A stretch of 64,000 bases of DNA from assembly GCF_029227855.1 (NCBI RefSeq), contig NZ_CP074356.1; one strand, 5' to 3'. Below are positions 34,674 through 47,002 of this stretch, piece after piece (the first letter of the stretch is position 1; every line of letters begins with the position of its first letter). A program made the translations under genes and the position numbers. This DNA comes from Escherichia coli. Its GTDB lineage: Bacteria; Pseudomonadota; Gammaproteobacteria; Enterobacterales; Enterobacteriaceae. The notes under the pieces were generated by a model. The model had not been told where the DNA came from. It ran no database searches and saw only the letters and a program-made list of their open reading frames with translations.

Positions 34674-36281
34674 ATGCGTATTTCCTTGAAAAAGTCAGGG
34701 ATGCTGAAGCTTGGTCTCAGCCTGGTGGCTATGACCGTCGCAGCAAGTGTTCAGGCTAAAACTCTGGTTTATTGCTCAGAAGGATCTCCGGAAGGGTTTA
34801 ACCCGCAGCTGTTTACCTCCGGTACCACCTATGACGCCTCTTCCGTACCGCTTTATAACCGCCTGGTTGAATTTAAAATCGGCACCACCGAAGTGATTCC
34901 GGGCCTCGCTGAAAAGTGGGAAGTCAGCGAAGACGGTAAAACCTATACCTTCCATCTGCGTAAAGGTGTGAAGTGGCACGACAATAAAGAATTCAAACCG
35001 ACGCGTGAACTGAACGCCGATGACGTGGTGTTCTCGTTCGATCGTCAGAAAAACGCGCAAAACCCGTACCATAAAGTTTCTGGCGGCAGCTACGAATACT
35101 TCGAAGGCATGGGCTTGCCGGAGCTGATCAGCGAAGTGAAAAAGGTGGACGACAACACAGTTCAGTTTGTGCTGACTCGCCCGGAAGCGCCGTTCCTCGC
35201 TGACCTGGCAATGGACTTCGCCTCTATTCTGTCAAAAGAATATGCTGATGCGATGATGAAAGCCGGTACACCGGAAAAACTGGACCTCAACCCAATCGGC
35301 ACCGGTCCGTTCCAGTTACAGCAGTATCAAAAAGATTCCCGTATCCGCTACAAAGCGTTTGATGGCTACTGGGGCACCAAACCGCAGATCGATACGCTGG
35401 TCTTCTCTATTACCCCTGACGCTTCCGTGCGTTACGCGAAATTGCAGAAGAATGAATGCCAGGTGATGCCGTACCCGAACCCGGCAGATATCGCTCGCAT
35501 GAAGCAGGATAAATCCATCAATCTGATGGAAATGCCGGGGCTGAACGTCGGCTATCTTTCATATAACGTGCAGAAAAAACCACTCGATGACGTAAAAGTT
35601 CGCCAGGCTCTGACCTACGCGGTGAACAAAGACGCGATCATCAAAGCGGTTTATCAGGGCGCGGGTGTATCAGCGAAAAACCTGATCCCGCCAACCATGT
35701 GGGGCTATAACGACGACGTTCAGGACTACACCTACGATCCTGAAAAAGCGAAAGCCTTGCTGAAAGAAGCGGGTCTGGAAAAAGGTTTCTCCATCGACCT
35801 GTGGGCGATGCCGGTACAACGTCCGTATAACCCGAACGCTCGCCGCATGGCGGAGATGATTCAGGCAGACTGGGCGAAAGTCGGCGTGCAGGCCAAAATT
35901 GTCACCTACGAATGGGGTGAGTACCTCAAGCGTGCGAAAGATGGCGAGCACCAGACGGTAATGATGGGCTGGACTGGCGATAACGGGGATCCGGATAACT
36001 TCTTCGCCACCCTGTTCAGCTGCGCCGCCTCTGAACAAGGCTCCAACTACTCAAAATGGTGCTACAAACCGTTTGAAGATCTGATTCAACCGGCGCGTGC
36101 TACCGACGACCATAACAAACGCGTTGAACTGTACAAACAAGCACAGGTGGTGATGCACGATCAGGCTCCGGCACTGATCATCGCTCACTCCACCGTGTTT
36201 GAACCGGTACGTAAAGAAGTTAAAGGCTATGTGGTTGATCCATTAGGCAAACATCACTTCGAAAACGTCTCTATCGAATAA
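34674..36281 (+). CDS. dppA: Dipeptide ABC transporter periplasmic binding protein
   Basis: 535-aa ORF with signal peptide; long 5' leader upstream. Confidence 0.95.
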   Translation: MRISLKKSGMLKLGLSLVAMTVAASVQAKTLVYCSEGSPEGFNPQLFTSGTTYDASSVPLYNRLVEFKIGTTEVIPGLAEKWEVSEDGKTYTFHLRKGVKWHDNKEFKPTRELNADDVVFSFDRQKNAQNPYHKVSGGSYEYFEGMGLPELISEVKKVDDNTVQFVLTRPEAPFLADLAMDFASILSKEYADAMMKAGTPEKLDLNPIGTGPFQLQQYQKDSRIRYKAFDGYWGTKPQIDTLVFSITPDASVRYAKLQKNECQVMPYPNPADIARMKQDKSINLMEMPGLNVGYLSYNVQKKPLDDVKVRQALTYAVNKDAIIKAVYQGAGVSAKNLIPPTMWGYNDDVQDYTYDPEKAKALLKEAGLEKGFSIDLWAMPVQRPYNPNARRMAEMIQADWAKVGVQAKIVTYEWGEYLKRAKDGEHQTVMMGWTGDNGDPDNFFATLFSCAASEQGSNYSKWCYKPFEDLIQPARATDDHNKRVELYKQAQVVMHDQAPALIIAHSTVFEPVRKEVKGYVVDPLGKHHFENVSIE

Positions 36282-36431
36282 TTAAAAGCCATACCCGGTG
36301 GCGCTGTGCCTCTGCGTGCAGCGCCATCCGGCAGCAATACTTCATTCTCTGTCCGACAAGGGCGGGAATTGATTTGTGAGCAATACAGACACGCAGTTCC
36401 AGGCTGCGGGTCATTATAGAGAATCCGGGTT

Positions 36432-37451
36432 ATGTTGCAGTTTATTCTCCGACGTTTGGGACTCGTCATCCCCACGTTTATCGGTATTACCCTTCTCACA
36501 TTTGCCTTTGTCCACATGATCCCGGGCGATCCGGTGATGATCATGGCGGGCGAACGTGGGATCTCCCCTGAGCGTCACGCGCAGCTGCTGGCTGAACTCG
36601 GCTTAGATAAACCGATGTGGCAGCAGTATCTCCATTACATTTGGGGCGTAATGCACGGCGATCTAGGCATTTCAATGAAAAGCCGAATTCCAGTATGGGA
36701 AGAGTTCGTGCCGCGCTTTCAGGCCACGCTGGAACTTGGCGTCTGCGCGATGATTTTTGCTACGGCAGTCGGTATTCCGGTTGGTGTGCTGGCTGCGGTT
36801 AAACGCGGTTCCATTTTCGATCACACTGCAGTTGGCCTGGCGCTGACCGGCTACTCGATGCCGATCTTCTGGTGGGGCATGATGCTGATCATGCTGGTTT
36901 CGGTGCACTGGAACCTGACGCCCGTCTCCGGTCGCGTGAGCGATATGGTGTTCCTCGATGACTCCAATCCGTTAACCGGTTTTATGCTAATCGACACCGC
37001 CATCTGGGGTGAAGACGGCAACTTTATCGATGCCGTCGCCCATATGATCTTGCCTGCCATTGTGCTGGGTACTATTCCGCTGGCGGTCATTGTGCGTATG
37101 ACACGCTCCTCGATGCTGGAAGTGCTGGGCGAGGATTACATCCGCACCGCGCGCGCCAAAGGGCTAACCCGCATGCGGGTGATTATCGTCCATGCGCTGC
37201 GTAACGCGATGCTGCCGGTGGTGACCGTTATCGGCCTGCAGGTGGGAACATTGCTGGCGGGGGCGATTCTGACCGAAACCATCTTCTCGTGGCCCGGTCT
37301 GGGACGCTGGTTGATTGACGCACTGCAACGCCGCGACTATCCGGTAGTGCAGGGCGGCGTATTGCTGGTGGCGACGATGATTATCCTCGTCAACTTGCTG
37401 GTCGATCTGCTGTACGGCGTGGTGAACCCGCGTATTCGTCATAAGAAGTAA
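36432..37451 (+). CDS. dppB: Dipeptide ABC transporter permease
   Basis: 339-aa membrane ORF. Confidence 0.95.
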   Translation: MLQFILRRLGLVIPTFIGITLLTFAFVHMIPGDPVMIMAGERGISPERHAQLLAELGLDKPMWQQYLHYIWGVMHGDLGISMKSRIPVWEEFVPRFQATLELGVCAMIFATAVGIPVGVLAAVKRGSIFDHTAVGLALTGYSMPIFWWGMMLIMLVSVHWNLTPVSGRVSDMVFLDDSNPLTGFMLIDTAIWGEDGNFIDAVAHMILPAIVLGTIPLAVIVRMTRSSMLEVLGEDYIRTARAKGLTRMRVIIVHALRNAMLPVVTVIGLQVGTLLAGAILTETIFSWPGLGRWLIDALQRRDYPVVQGGVLLVATMIILVNLLVDLLYGVVNPRIRHKK

Positions 37452-37460
37452 GGGGACATC

Positions 37461-38363
37461 ATGTCACAGGTTACTGAAAATAAAGTGATTAGCGCACCGG
37501 TGCCGATGACCCCGTTACAGGAGTTCTGGCACTATTTTAAACGCAACAAAGGCGCGGTCGTCGGGCTGGTTTACGTCGTCATCGTGCTGTTCATCGCGAT
37601 CTTTGCCAACTGGATTGCACCCTATAACCCGGCGGAACAGTTCCGCGATGCACTGCTCGCCCCGCCAGCCTGGCAGGAAGGCGGCAGCATGGCGCACTTG
37701 CTGGGCACCGATGACGTAGGCCGTGATGTGCTGTCGCGCCTGATGTACGGTGCGCGCCTGTCGCTGCTGGTTGGCTGTCTGGTAGTTGTGTTATCGCTGA
37801 TTATGGGCGTTATTCTCGGCCTGATCGCCGGTTACTTTGGCGGCCTGGTCGATAACATCATTATGCGCGTGGTCGATATCATGCTGGCGCTGCCAAGTCT
37901 GCTGCTGGCGCTGGTGCTGGTGGCAATTTTCGGCCCGTCGATTGGTAACGCCGCGCTGGCACTGACCTTCGTTGCCTTGCCGCACTATGTGCGCTTAACC
38001 CGCGCCGCCGTGCTGGTGGAAGTTAACCGCGATTACGTCACCGCGTCTCGCGTGGCGGGTGCCGGGGCGATGCGTCAGATGTTTATTAACATCTTCCCGA
38101 ACTGCCTTGCGCCGCTGATTGTTCAGGCGTCGCTCGGTTTCTCTAACGCCATTCTCGATATGGCTGCTCTTGGTTTCCTCGGCATGGGGGCACAGCCGCC
38201 AACGCCTGAGTGGGGCACCATGCTCTCCGACGTGTTGCAGTTCGCGCAAAGCGCCTGGTGGGTCGTGACCTTCCCGGGTCTGGCGATCCTGCTGACGGTG
38301 CTGGCATTTAACCTGATGGGTGACGGTCTGCGTGACGCGCTCGATCCCAAACTGAAGCAGTAA
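37461..38363 (+). CDS. dppC: Dipeptide ABC transporter permease
   Basis: 300-aa membrane ORF. Confidence 0.95.
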   Translation: MSQVTENKVISAPVPMTPLQEFWHYFKRNKGAVVGLVYVVIVLFIAIFANWIAPYNPAEQFRDALLAPPAWQEGGSMAHLLGTDDVGRDVLSRLMYGARLSLLVGCLVVVLSLIMGVILGLIAGYFGGLVDNIIMRVVDIMLALPSLLLALVLVAIFGPSIGNAALALTFVALPHYVRLTRAAVLVEVNRDYVTASRVAGAGAMRQMFINIFPNCLAPLIVQASLGFSNAILDMAALGFLGMGAQPPTPEWGTMLSDVLQFAQSAWWVVTFPGLAILLTVLAFNLMGDGLRDALDPKLKQ

Positions 38364-38373
38364 GAGGTTCGAG

Positions 38374-39357
38374 ATGGCGTTATTAAATGTAGATAAATTA
38401 TCGGTGCATTTCGGCGACGAAAGCGCGCCGTTCCGCGCCGTAGACCGCATCAGCTACAGCGTAAAACAGGGCGAAGTGGTCGGGATTGTGGGTGAGTCCG
38501 GCTCCGGTAAGTCGGTCAGTTCACTGGCGATTATGGGGCTGATTGATTATCCGGGCCGCGTAATGGCAGAAAAACTGGAGTTTAACGGCCAGGATTTGCA
38601 GCGTATCTCAGAAAAAGAGCGCCGCAACCTGGTGGGTGCCGAAGTGGCGATGATCTTCCAGGACCCGATGACCAGCCTTAACCCGTGCTACACCGTGGGT
38701 TTCCAGATTATGGAAGCGATTAAGGTGCATCAGGGCGGCAACAAAAGTACCCGCCGTCAGCGAGCGATTGACCTGCTGAATCAGGTCGGTATTCCCGATC
38801 CGGCATCGCGTCTGGATGTTTACCCGCATCAGCTTTCCGGCGGCATGAGCCAGCGCGTGATGATCGCCATGGCGATTGCCTGTCGGCCAAAACTGCTGAT
38901 TGCCGATGAACCGACCACCGCGCTGGACGTGACCATTCAGGCGCAAATCATCGAACTACTGCTGGAGCTACAGCAGCAAGAGAACATGGCGCTGGTGTTA
39001 ATTACCCATGACCTGGCGCTGGTGGCGGAAGCGGCACATAAAATCATCGTGATGTATGCAGGCCAGGTGGTGGAAACCGGTGATGCGCACGCCATCTTCC
39101 ATGCGCCGCGTCACCCGTATACTCAGGCATTGCTGCGTGCGCTGCCAGAATTTGCTCAGGACAAAGAACGTCTGGCGTCGTTGCCAGGTGTCGTTCCCGG
39201 TAAGTACGACCGCCCGAACGGCTGCCTGCTTAACCCGCGCTGCCCCTATGCCACTGACAGATGTCGCGCTGAAGAACCGGCGCTGAATATGCTCGCTGAT
39301 GGGCGTCAGTCCAAATGCCATTACCCACTTGATGATGCCGGGAGGCCGACACTATGA
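38374..39357 (+). CDS. dppD: Dipeptide ABC transporter ATPase
   Basis: 327-aa ORF with Walker A GESGSGKS. Confidence 0.95.
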   Translation: MALLNVDKLSVHFGDESAPFRAVDRISYSVKQGEVVGIVGESGSGKSVSSLAIMGLIDYPGRVMAEKLEFNGQDLQRISEKERRNLVGAEVAMIFQDPMTSLNPCYTVGFQIMEAIKVHQGGNKSTRRQRAIDLLNQVGIPDPASRLDVYPHQLSGGMSQRVMIAMAIACRPKLLIADEPTTALDVTIQAQIIELLLELQQQENMALVLITHDLALVAEAAHKIIVMYAGQVVETGDAHAIFHAPRHPYTQALLRALPEFAQDKERLASLPGVVPGKYDRPNGCLLNPRCPYATDRCRAEEPALNMLADGRQSKCHYPLDDAGRPTL

Positions 39358-40358
39358 GTACGCAAGAGGCCACCTCGCAACAACCGCTGTTGCAGGCTAT
39401 CGACCTGAAAAAACATTATCCGGTGAAGAAAGGCATGTTCGCGCCGGAACGTCTGGTTAAAGCGCTGGATGGCGTTTCGTTTAACCTTGAACGTGGCAAA
39501 ACGCTGGCAGTAGTGGGCGAATCTGGCTGCGGTAAATCGACCCTCGGTCGGTTGCTGACGATGATTGAAATGCCCACCGGTGGCGAGCTGTATTACCAGG
39601 GGCAGGATCTGCTTAAGCACGATCCGCAGGCGCAGAAGCTGCGTCGGCAGAAAATCCAGATCGTCTTCCAGAACCCTTACGGTTCGCTGAATCCGCGTAA
39701 AAAAGTTGGGCAAATTCTCGAAGAGCCGCTGCTTATTAACACCAGCTTCAGCAAAGAACAGCGTCGGGAAAAAGCCCTGTCGATGATGGCGAAAGTCGGC
39801 CTGAAAACCGAGCACTATGACCGCTATCCGCATATGTTCTCCGGCGGACAACGTCAGCGTATCGCTATTGCCCGTGGTCTGATGCTCGACCCGGATGTGG
39901 TGATTGCCGATGAGCCGGTTTCTGCGCTGGACGTCTCAGTGCGTGCGCAAGTGCTGAATCTGATGATGGATTTACAGCAGGAACTGGGGCTTTCTTATGT
40001 CTTTATCTCCCACGACCTGTCGGTTGTGGAGCACATTGCTGATGAAGTGATGGTGATGTACCTGGGCCGCTGCGTGGAGAAGGGAACGAAAGACCAAATC
40101 TTCAATAACCCGCGCCATCCGTACACTCAGGCGCTACTCTCCGCGACGCCACGCCTGAACCCGGACGATCGCCGCGAACGCATCAAACTCACCGGTGAAC
40201 TGCCAAGCCCGCTGAATCCACCGCCGGGTTGCGCCTTCAACGCCCGCTGTCGTCGGCGCTTCGGCCCCTGCACCCAGTTGCAGCCGCAGCTAAAAGACTA
40301 CGGCGGTCAACTGGTAGCTTGTTTTGCTGTTGATCAGGATGAAAATCCGCAGCGTTAA
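39354..40358 (+). CDS. dppF: Dipeptide ABC transporter ATPase
   Basis: 334-aa ORF with Walker A GESGCGKS; 4-nt overlap with dppD. Confidence 0.95.
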   Translation: MSTQEATSQQPLLQAIDLKKHYPVKKGMFAPERLVKALDGVSFNLERGKTLAVVGESGCGKSTLGRLLTMIEMPTGGELYYQGQDLLKHDPQAQKLRRQKIQIVFQNPYGSLNPRKKVGQILEEPLLINTSFSKEQRREKALSMMAKVGLKTEHYDRYPHMFSGGQRQRIAIARGLMLDPDVVIADEPVSALDVSVRAQVLNLMMDLQQELGLSYVFISHDLSVVEHIADEVMVMYLGRCVEKGTKDQIFNNPRHPYTQALLSATPRLNPDDRRERIKLTGELPSPLNPPPGCAFNARCRRRFGPCTQLQPQLKDYGGQLVACFAVDQDENPQR

Positions 40359-40387
40359 CTCACAAAACCGGGGCCATGCGCTCCGGT

Positions 40388-41659
40388 TTACTCAATCAGC
40401 TTCAACAGTGGCGACAAGCATAGCAAAATGCCGTAAAGCAGAATTAGCCAGGCTTTAAATCCGCGAAGTTTTTCCAGTTGTGCGACTTTATAGATCAGGA
40501 AAAACGGAATGAGGCACGACACAATGCCATATAACGGGCTTCCCAACTGAAAGAACACCAGCACCGATACACGAAACGAAACCCAAATCGTCAATGTAAT
40601 GACGATAAAAGCGCAGATCGCCAGAGTCAGCATGCGTGAGTTAATTTTCTTGGTATCAATAATTCGGCTTAACAGATTGAGAATAATGCCTTTAATAGCC
40701 TCGTGGAAACCGAGATAAATGCCAAAGAATGCGGTCAGTACGGCAAAGATATTCAGCACCGTAGAGGTGATATGAATGATATGTCCAGGGATCACCTGCG
40801 CGGCCAGCGCCAGTGCCGAGATATTTTGTTCAAAGGCAGAAACGGCTTCTTCGTGGCTAATTGAGAAGGTAAACGAAAAGGCAAAAAACAGGATCACCGC
40901 GATGAGCGTGATATAACTAATTCGGTGGGTACGCAGCGCGAGCCGGGTTGCCAGTACTTTATCCGCTTCCCGTTTACGATAGGCAATATTCATTGGGTTA
41001 AGTACCTGAATAAATACTGCAGAAAAGAAGCAAAATGGAATGGTAAGCAAGACATCGCGGAAAAAGACGGAGGCTTGCGGGAAGGCGGTTATATTGGCGA
41101 AATTCCAGTGCGGGATCATCGCAAAACCGAACACGACAATAATCCCTACTTTGACCACCACCATTGGCCCGGAAATCTTAAACAGTAATCGTTCACCACC
41201 AGACGCAATCGCCACCAGTACGGCGAAAATAGCGACTTTATAAAGTAGAGATTGTGAAAGATCGGCATCGGTTAAACCGAAGGTTTTCAGGTACGAGGCG
41301 CTGTCGAAAACCACGGAGAGAGAGTAGATAAAAATCCCGTGGATAATCATCAAAAAGTAGATAACCCCGAGGAAAATTCCCCAGTTCTTCCCCAGGTAAT
41401 GACTGATAATATCGGTGTAGTCATTACAGGAATCGCTTTCAGAAAGGGTTTTTAAATAAATGTCCTGCACTACCCAGGTGGCAGGATAAGCAATGATCGC
41501 TGCGGTAATAAATACCCAAATTCCCTTCAAGCCAATTTGTACTGGCATCAGCACGGTTCCGGCACCAATCGCCATGCCTATGCATAATAAAACCCAGCCG
41601 AAGTCGTAGCGTGTAAACGGCAATTTCTGATTGTGTTTCGATAGTGTGTTGTGCTGCAT
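40388..41659 (-). CDS. yhjV: Amino acid permease (HAAAP / serine-tyrosine permease family)
   Basis: 423 aa from [22 protein letters not shown]; 11 TM segments. Confidence 0.85.
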   Translation of the reverse strand: MQHNTLSKHNQKLPFTRYDFGWVLLCIGMAIGAGTVLMPVQIGLKGIWVFITAAIIAYPATWVVQDIYLKTLSESDSCNDYTDIISHYLGKNWGIFLGVIYFLMIIHGIFIYSLSVVFDSASYLKTFGLTDADLSQSLLYKVAIFAVLVAIASGGERLLFKISGPMVVVKVGIIVVFGFAMIPHWNFANITAFPQASVFFRDVLLTIPFCFFSAVFIQVLNPMNIAYRKREADKVLATRLALRTHRISYITLIAVILFFAFSFTFSISHEEAVSAFEQNISALALAAQVIPGHIIHITSTVLNIFAVLTAFFGIYLGFHEAIKGIILNLLSRIIDTKKINSRMLTLAICAFIVITLTIWVSFRVSVLVFFQLGSPLYGIVSCLIPFFLIYKVAQLEKLRGFKAWLILLYGILLCLSPLLKLIE

Positions 41660-42023
41660 AAAGTCCTGTCCAGAAAGAAGTCGGCCTCGCAAAAATGAAT
41701 AAACCCAGTTTCTCTTGCGCAACAGGTGGAGAAGTCGAATACGCAGTATGTAAAAAATGAGGCAACAGATTCACTGGGGAGGTCGCGAGGAGGCGCAATT
41801 CTACAAAATTGCGCATTTCACTACCAGTCTGGAGTCAGCCCGGATATGAACTGCAACTATTGCAAATAAAGAAATTAAGCTGGAAGGCATCGCGCAATGA
41901 GGAAGATTGCCGGGTGCTGACAGTAAAAAGCAATCGTAAAATCAGCGGCAAGCCGAAAGGGTTCCGGTGAGGCGCAATGTTGCGGGGGCTTTATCCCTGG
42001 TGGCATTGGTTGCTGGAGAGAGA

Positions 42024-42086
42024 AAACCCCCGCACGTTGCAGGTATGTACCTGACAACATAACGGGGGCTAATCTTGAACCTAGAC
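42024..42086 (-). ncRNA. Putative Rdl antisense RNA, copy 1 (approximate)
   Basis: Placed by analogy with known LDR loci, where the antisense RNA lies opposite the ldr leader; coordinates approximate, no ends mapped. Confidence 0.3.
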
Positions 42087-42134
42087 CACTCAAGAATAGC
42101 CGCGAAACGTTGTCATTACAACACAGGCGGCTAT

Positions 42135-42242
42135 ATGACGCTCGCAGAGCTGGGCATGGCCTTCTGGCATGATTTAGCGGCTCCGGTCATTGCTGGCATT
42201 CTTGCCAGTATGATCGTGAACTGGCTGAACAAGCGGAAGTAG
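42135..42242 (+). CDS. Ldr-family toxin peptide (35 aa), copy 1
   Basis: MTLAELGMAFWHDLAAPVIAGILASMIVNWLNKRK; single TM helix with basic C-terminus. Confidence 0.8.
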   Translation: MTLAELGMAFWHDLAAPVIAGILASMIVNWLNKRK

Positions 42243-42506
42243 CGTGTCATGTGGGCGTCAGGCTGCCGTAATGGCAATTTGCGCCCGGACCAGGCCGCAG
42301 GAGTGAAACTCTGCGGCCTTTTTCGTAAGAAAAATGCAACGGTTGCAAGCGGATAATATTCTGCGGAATGCGCAGCACAGAGTGAAGATGAGACGGATTC
42401 CGGAACAGAAAAACAGTCGTAGAATCAGCGTCAAGCCGGAAGGATTCCGGTGAGGCGCAATGTTGCGGGGGCTTAATCCCTGGTGGCATTGGTTGCTGGA
42501 GAGAGA

Positions 42507-42569
42507 AAACCCCCGCACGTTGCAGGTATGCACCTGACAACACCACGGGGGCTATTCTTGCATCCAAAC
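42507..42569 (-). ncRNA. Putative Rdl antisense RNA, copy 2 (approximate)
   Basis: Same position within repeat unit 2. Confidence 0.3.
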
Positions 42570-42617
42570 AATACAAGAATAGCCGCGAAACGTTGTCATT
42601 ACAATACAGGCGGCTAT

Positions 42618-42725
42618 ATGACGCTCGCAGAACTGGGCATGGCCTTCTGGCATGATTTAGCGGCTCCGGTCATTGCTGGTATTCTTGCCAGTATGATCGT
42701 GAACTGGCTGAACAAGCGGAAGTAA
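42618..42725 (+). CDS. Ldr-family toxin peptide (35 aa), copy 2
   Basis: Identical peptide; end of track ORF 42483-42725. Confidence 0.8.
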   Translation: MTLAELGMAFWHDLAAPVIAGILASMIVNWLNKRK

Positions 42726-42989
42726 CGTGCCATGCGGGCGTCAGGCTGCCGTAATGGCAATTTGCGCCCGGATCAGGCCGCAGGGGTGAAACTCTGCGGC
42801 CTTTTTCGTAAGAAAAATGCAACGGTTGCAAGCGGATAATATTCTGCGGAATGCGCAGCACAGAGTGAAGACGTGACGGATTCCGGAACAGAAAAACAGT
42901 CGTAGAATCAGCGGCAAGCCGGAAGGGTTCCGGTGAGGCGCAATGTTGCGGGGGCTTTATCCCTGGTGGCATTGGTTGCTGGAGAGAGA

Positions 42990-43052
42990 AAACCCCCGCA
43001 CGTTGCAGGTATGCACCTGACAACATCACGGGGGCCATTCTTGAACCTGAAC
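42990..43052 (-). ncRNA. Putative Rdl antisense RNA, copy 3 (approximate)
   Basis: Same position within repeat unit 3. Confidence 0.3.
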
Positions 43053-43100
43053 AACTCAAGAATAGCCGCGAAACGTTGTCATTACAACACAGGCGGCTAT

Positions 43101-43208
43101 ATGACGCTCGCAGAACTGGGCATGGCCTTCTGGCATGATTTAGCGGCTCCGGTCATTGCTGGCATTCTTGCCAGTATGATCGTGAACTGGCTGAACAAGC
43201 GGAAGTAA
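43101..43208 (+). CDS. Ldr-family toxin peptide (35 aa), copy 3
   Basis: Identical peptide; end of track ORF 42933-43208. Confidence 0.8.
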   Translation: MTLAELGMAFWHDLAAPVIAGILASMIVNWLNKRK

Positions 43209-43294
43209 CGTGTCATGCGGGCGTCAGGCTGCCGTAATGGCAATTTGCGCCCGGACCAGGCCGCAGGGGTGAAACTCTGCGGCCTTTTTCGTGC

Positions 43295-44974
43295 TTACTG
43301 CGGGTAAGGCACCCAGTCGCCGCCGTTCAGGCGAACGTACGGTTTATCCTGGTATTGAATAACTACTGCATTTGAGTTCTCGGAGACCGGTGCTGTTTGT
43401 GGCAACCCACTGGTGAGTTTTTTCCAGTCAACATTGTCTTCGGTGAAAATCTTGCCATCAAGAACGCGAACCACCAGATCGGAGATAGCCAGGAAGCTGC
43501 TCGGTTGGTCAATGACAATCGGTGCCCCCTGATGTGGTGCCTTCATGCCGAAGAATTTCACCCCAACGGGGACGTCTGTGATAGACGGGCTAGGGATATC
43601 ACGTAGGCCAGATACCTGCATTCTGTCGCCCTTCAGCGCGCCGCCGTGTTCCGGCACCACGACCACCATCACTTTACGACCCGATTTCTCCAGTTCAGTA
43701 AAGAAGGCGTCCAGTTCATCAAAGAATTTCTGCGCCCGCGCTTTGTAATCCGCTGTTTTGCTGACCCCCGGATAATGGTTGCCGTCATGCAGTGGAAGCG
43801 TGTTGTAGAACGTGGCACTACGGCTATTTTTATCTTTTTCGGTAACGTCCAGCCAGCGGTTAAGCACGGCGGTATCGTCATAAACCGGCGAACCATCAAA
43901 GCCCAGCAAAATAACCGGCAGATTTGTTTGATCCATCAATTCAGTCTGCATGCCGCCATTTTCGCGAACTTCTTTCAAAAAACCGCCGAACTGGCCGTTA
44001 TGCCCCATCATCAGGTGCTGGGTAAAGCCCAGTTTCGAAAGGTTATCAAACAGATAGCAGTCGTTATTTGCCGGTTGATACAGATTAGTGTGCGAAGTCT
44101 GCCCGCAGCTGGCGCGCAGTAAACGGATCGCCGCCGGGCCACTGTAGGAGGTGGCGGAGTTAAAGTTCTTGAACTCAATATCGAAATGCGACCACAGTGG
44201 ATGCGACATCAACCCGGCGGCTTCTATATCCGACCAGGAAAGCGAACAGATGTTAATCACCAGTAGTTCAAATGGCTGAGCATCAGCGGGCAGCGAAGAC
44301 GGGAAGGTCGATTTACGTTTCGCCTCCGCGTTATAGAAATTATTCAGCCAGGCGTTAAGGTTCGCCGTTGTTGGCGGTGCAGTTTGTGCGGGCATATCAC
44401 CCACTACCGGTGCGCCACCCGTCGCCGCAACGGTTGCCGCTGCGTTACCACCCGTCGTTGTTACAGTGGTCGTCGGTTGTCCGGCTGGCCACAAGGAGAA
44501 ACTTGGTCCCGCCAGGGTAAGTACGTTCAGCCATAGCAGTATGGCAACCACAAAAACGGTAATGCGAATCCATTGTGACAGGAATAACCAGGCCACTAAT
44601 AAAACAAAAATGGCCCCAATCATCTGCCAGTTAATAAAGCGTGTGACAAGGTCGATTAAATAATCGGTACTGAACCCCGCCACCTGCGAACCCTGGCTCA
44701 TTATGCTTTCCGGGCCAGGCAACCAGGTGTCATGCCAGAACAAAGCAAAGCCGATCGGCAGGGCAATCCAGTGGCGCAAGCGATGCAGGCTGTAGCGCGG
44801 AATGGGCATCAGCAGAAACGCGGCAAACACCAAATTGAGGAGCGGATGGAAGTTAAGATATCCCGCCCACAACAGGCCGAACTTAACCAGAAAATAGAAG
44901 TTCCAGCCGGAAAGACCGCGCCAGTATTGCCAGAGGGAAGAAGGCATGGCGGTATTTTGTGTAAATTGAGTCAT
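43295..44974 (-). CDS. bcsG: Cellulose phosphoethanolamine transferase
   Basis: 559-aa ORF; N-terminal TM helices and alkaline-phosphatase-like domain. Confidence 0.92.
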
Positions 44975-45162
44975 TTTTTGGTTGCCCTGGCTTTTTCCGT
45001 GCGGCGTAACGTCCCGGCCGGTTTAACATAACGAGGTTTAGCAAAGAACAAACGTAAGGTGTCGCGAATGCGTCGCAAAGAGTGCCGCGCCAGATAGCCC
45101 AGCGGGAAAAATATCAGTGCGCAAACGACAATAATTTCAATGATATCGCTGATGGTCATCAT
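44971..45162 (-). CDS. bcsF: Small membrane protein of the cellulose operon
   Basis: 63-aa ORF; 4-nt overlaps with bcsE and bcsG. Confidence 0.85.
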
Positions 45163-46730
45163 GATGAGCGCTCCACAGCATCATCTAACAGTCGCATGGG
45201 TTCTGGTATTCGTCGCCAGTGGCGACCATCGTGCTCGGCATTGATGACCGGTTTAGAACTTTGCGTTAAAGGCAGCGGCATGCCCCATTGTTCTGGGGCA
45301 AGCAAGCGCATCTGCACCAGCTCGGCACTGATTTGATCATCTTCAAACCAGACCATACGGTTTGAGAAAATGTCGCCAGTAGGCAATGGGAAAATATGAT
45401 TCAACGCGGTATCCAGATCGTTAATCCGACAGAATGAGAGAAACAGCACCAGCCGATTACCGCCAATGGTCATGATATCGCCGGTACGGTTAGGGCGACA
45501 CAGCGTCAGGGCTTGTTCAACGCGGATACCCGGTACCGGACGTAGGGCAACCAGAACGCCTTTACCGTGGGCAGGCAAGAGAGGGTTATTCATCATGTTG
45601 TTGACGGCATTACAGAACACATCCCACTTCTGGAAACCACGCAGTTTGAGCGGCTGGGTCATTGACAGCAAGGTAGTGATATCTTCCGGCACATAGCGAC
45701 TAAACTTCTGCCCTTGCACGCTTTCGATCATCGTCAGACAACGGGAGAGTGGCGCATTCCACGGAATAACCATATTTGCACCGCAGGCCAATAACAAACG
45801 TTCATCGGTGGCGCGCAGGCTAGCGGTATTTTCCCGCACGAGGATTTTCATCGCACTACCGCGCTGGCGACGCAGGGTATGAATGCTGCGGGCCAGTGGC
45901 TCGATTTGCGCATTTTGCTGTAAAGAAAAGACCACCGTCGCCGCCTGAGCGGTACGGGCTTCATTGAACAGGACTTCGTTATTGTTGAACAGTTGCCAGT
46001 GTTCCGATAGCGGCGGCGCACCTTCCAGTACAGCAACATTACTCAGAATGCGTTTTTCGTCGCTGCGTGGTTGGATCTCCGCCTCTTCGCTTTGAACTAA
46101 TGTCCAGATACCATTTTGTTGCTGAACGCTAAGCTGCTGACGGGCGCTGACCCCTTTTTCGTTGCACCAGAAGGCAATATCCAGCAAATGTTGGTCACCC
46201 TGAAAACGCAAACTGGCAAGACCAAAAAGTGAACGGTATTCCTCAAGCAACAATGAAAATTGTTTATCGTTATTATTTCCGGGATTAATTACCAAAAGCG
46301 AACAATGGTTTAACCTGCTCCATTTATTCATTTTATCCAACCATGAGCGAAGCCGCTCGGCAGGAATGTTTTGCCATGCGTTATTTGCGCAAACAAGAAT
46401 AAAAAGGTAATTATGGGGATCAATAGAACACTGCAAATCACGGGTCAAATAGTATAGACCTTTTTCATGATTTAGCATTGAAAATAATTTTATTTTTTCC
46501 GGCCCTTGAGAATCATCTAATTGAAAGATTTTCGCCGGATCGCTGTCCATGCTAATGACCGCGACGTGTGCGGTTGCAGCCTGGGATGCAATTGTTTGAT
46601 TCGCCAGACTGATAGCATCTTCATGGCGATCGACGTTAAACCACCAGACGCCGCCTGCTGGCATATGTCGCAGCTCATCCCATAATGATGAGATACCGAT
46701 AGAGAATACAGGGTCCACAATGTCCCTCAT
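45159..46730 (-). CDS. bcsE: c-di-GMP-binding cellulose biosynthesis protein (GIL domain)
   Basis: 523-aa ORF; recognised as BcsE. Confidence 0.9.
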
Positions 46731-47002
46731 GTCACCATTTTGTCTGATTATCAGTTTACTAGCGAAAGCTAAGAAATAAACCTACCATTGAAATTAAAAC
46801 TTATCAGATTTAGCATGTGAATCAATTTAGAAGGTCACAAGACGTGTGATTTTAGTCTTTTCGTTTTTAACTTTTTCTGTTGCGTAACGGAAAGTCAAAA
46901 AGTGAGCAAATTCCCGTCTCGCCGTAAACAATAAACCGGCGAAATGCTCACGGTTAGAATTGTCTCATGAACGGTACGGTTATTTCATAGGGATCAAGCA
47001 AA

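Larger units (their letters stand above)
41946..43290. repeat. Tandem array of three Ldr/Rdl type I toxin-antitoxin units, period 483 bp
   Basis: Three near-identical units; ldr ATGs at 42135, 42618 and 43101 are exactly 483 nt apart; each unit ends in a ggccgcag..ctgcggcc + T5 hairpin. Confidence 0.85.

Noticed and set aside
41946-43290. Repeat array as a possible CRISPR locus
   Set aside because: Repeat unit is 483 bp with no short repeat-spacer structure; each unit carries a conserved peptide ORF and terminator, which is the Ldr/Rdl architecture.
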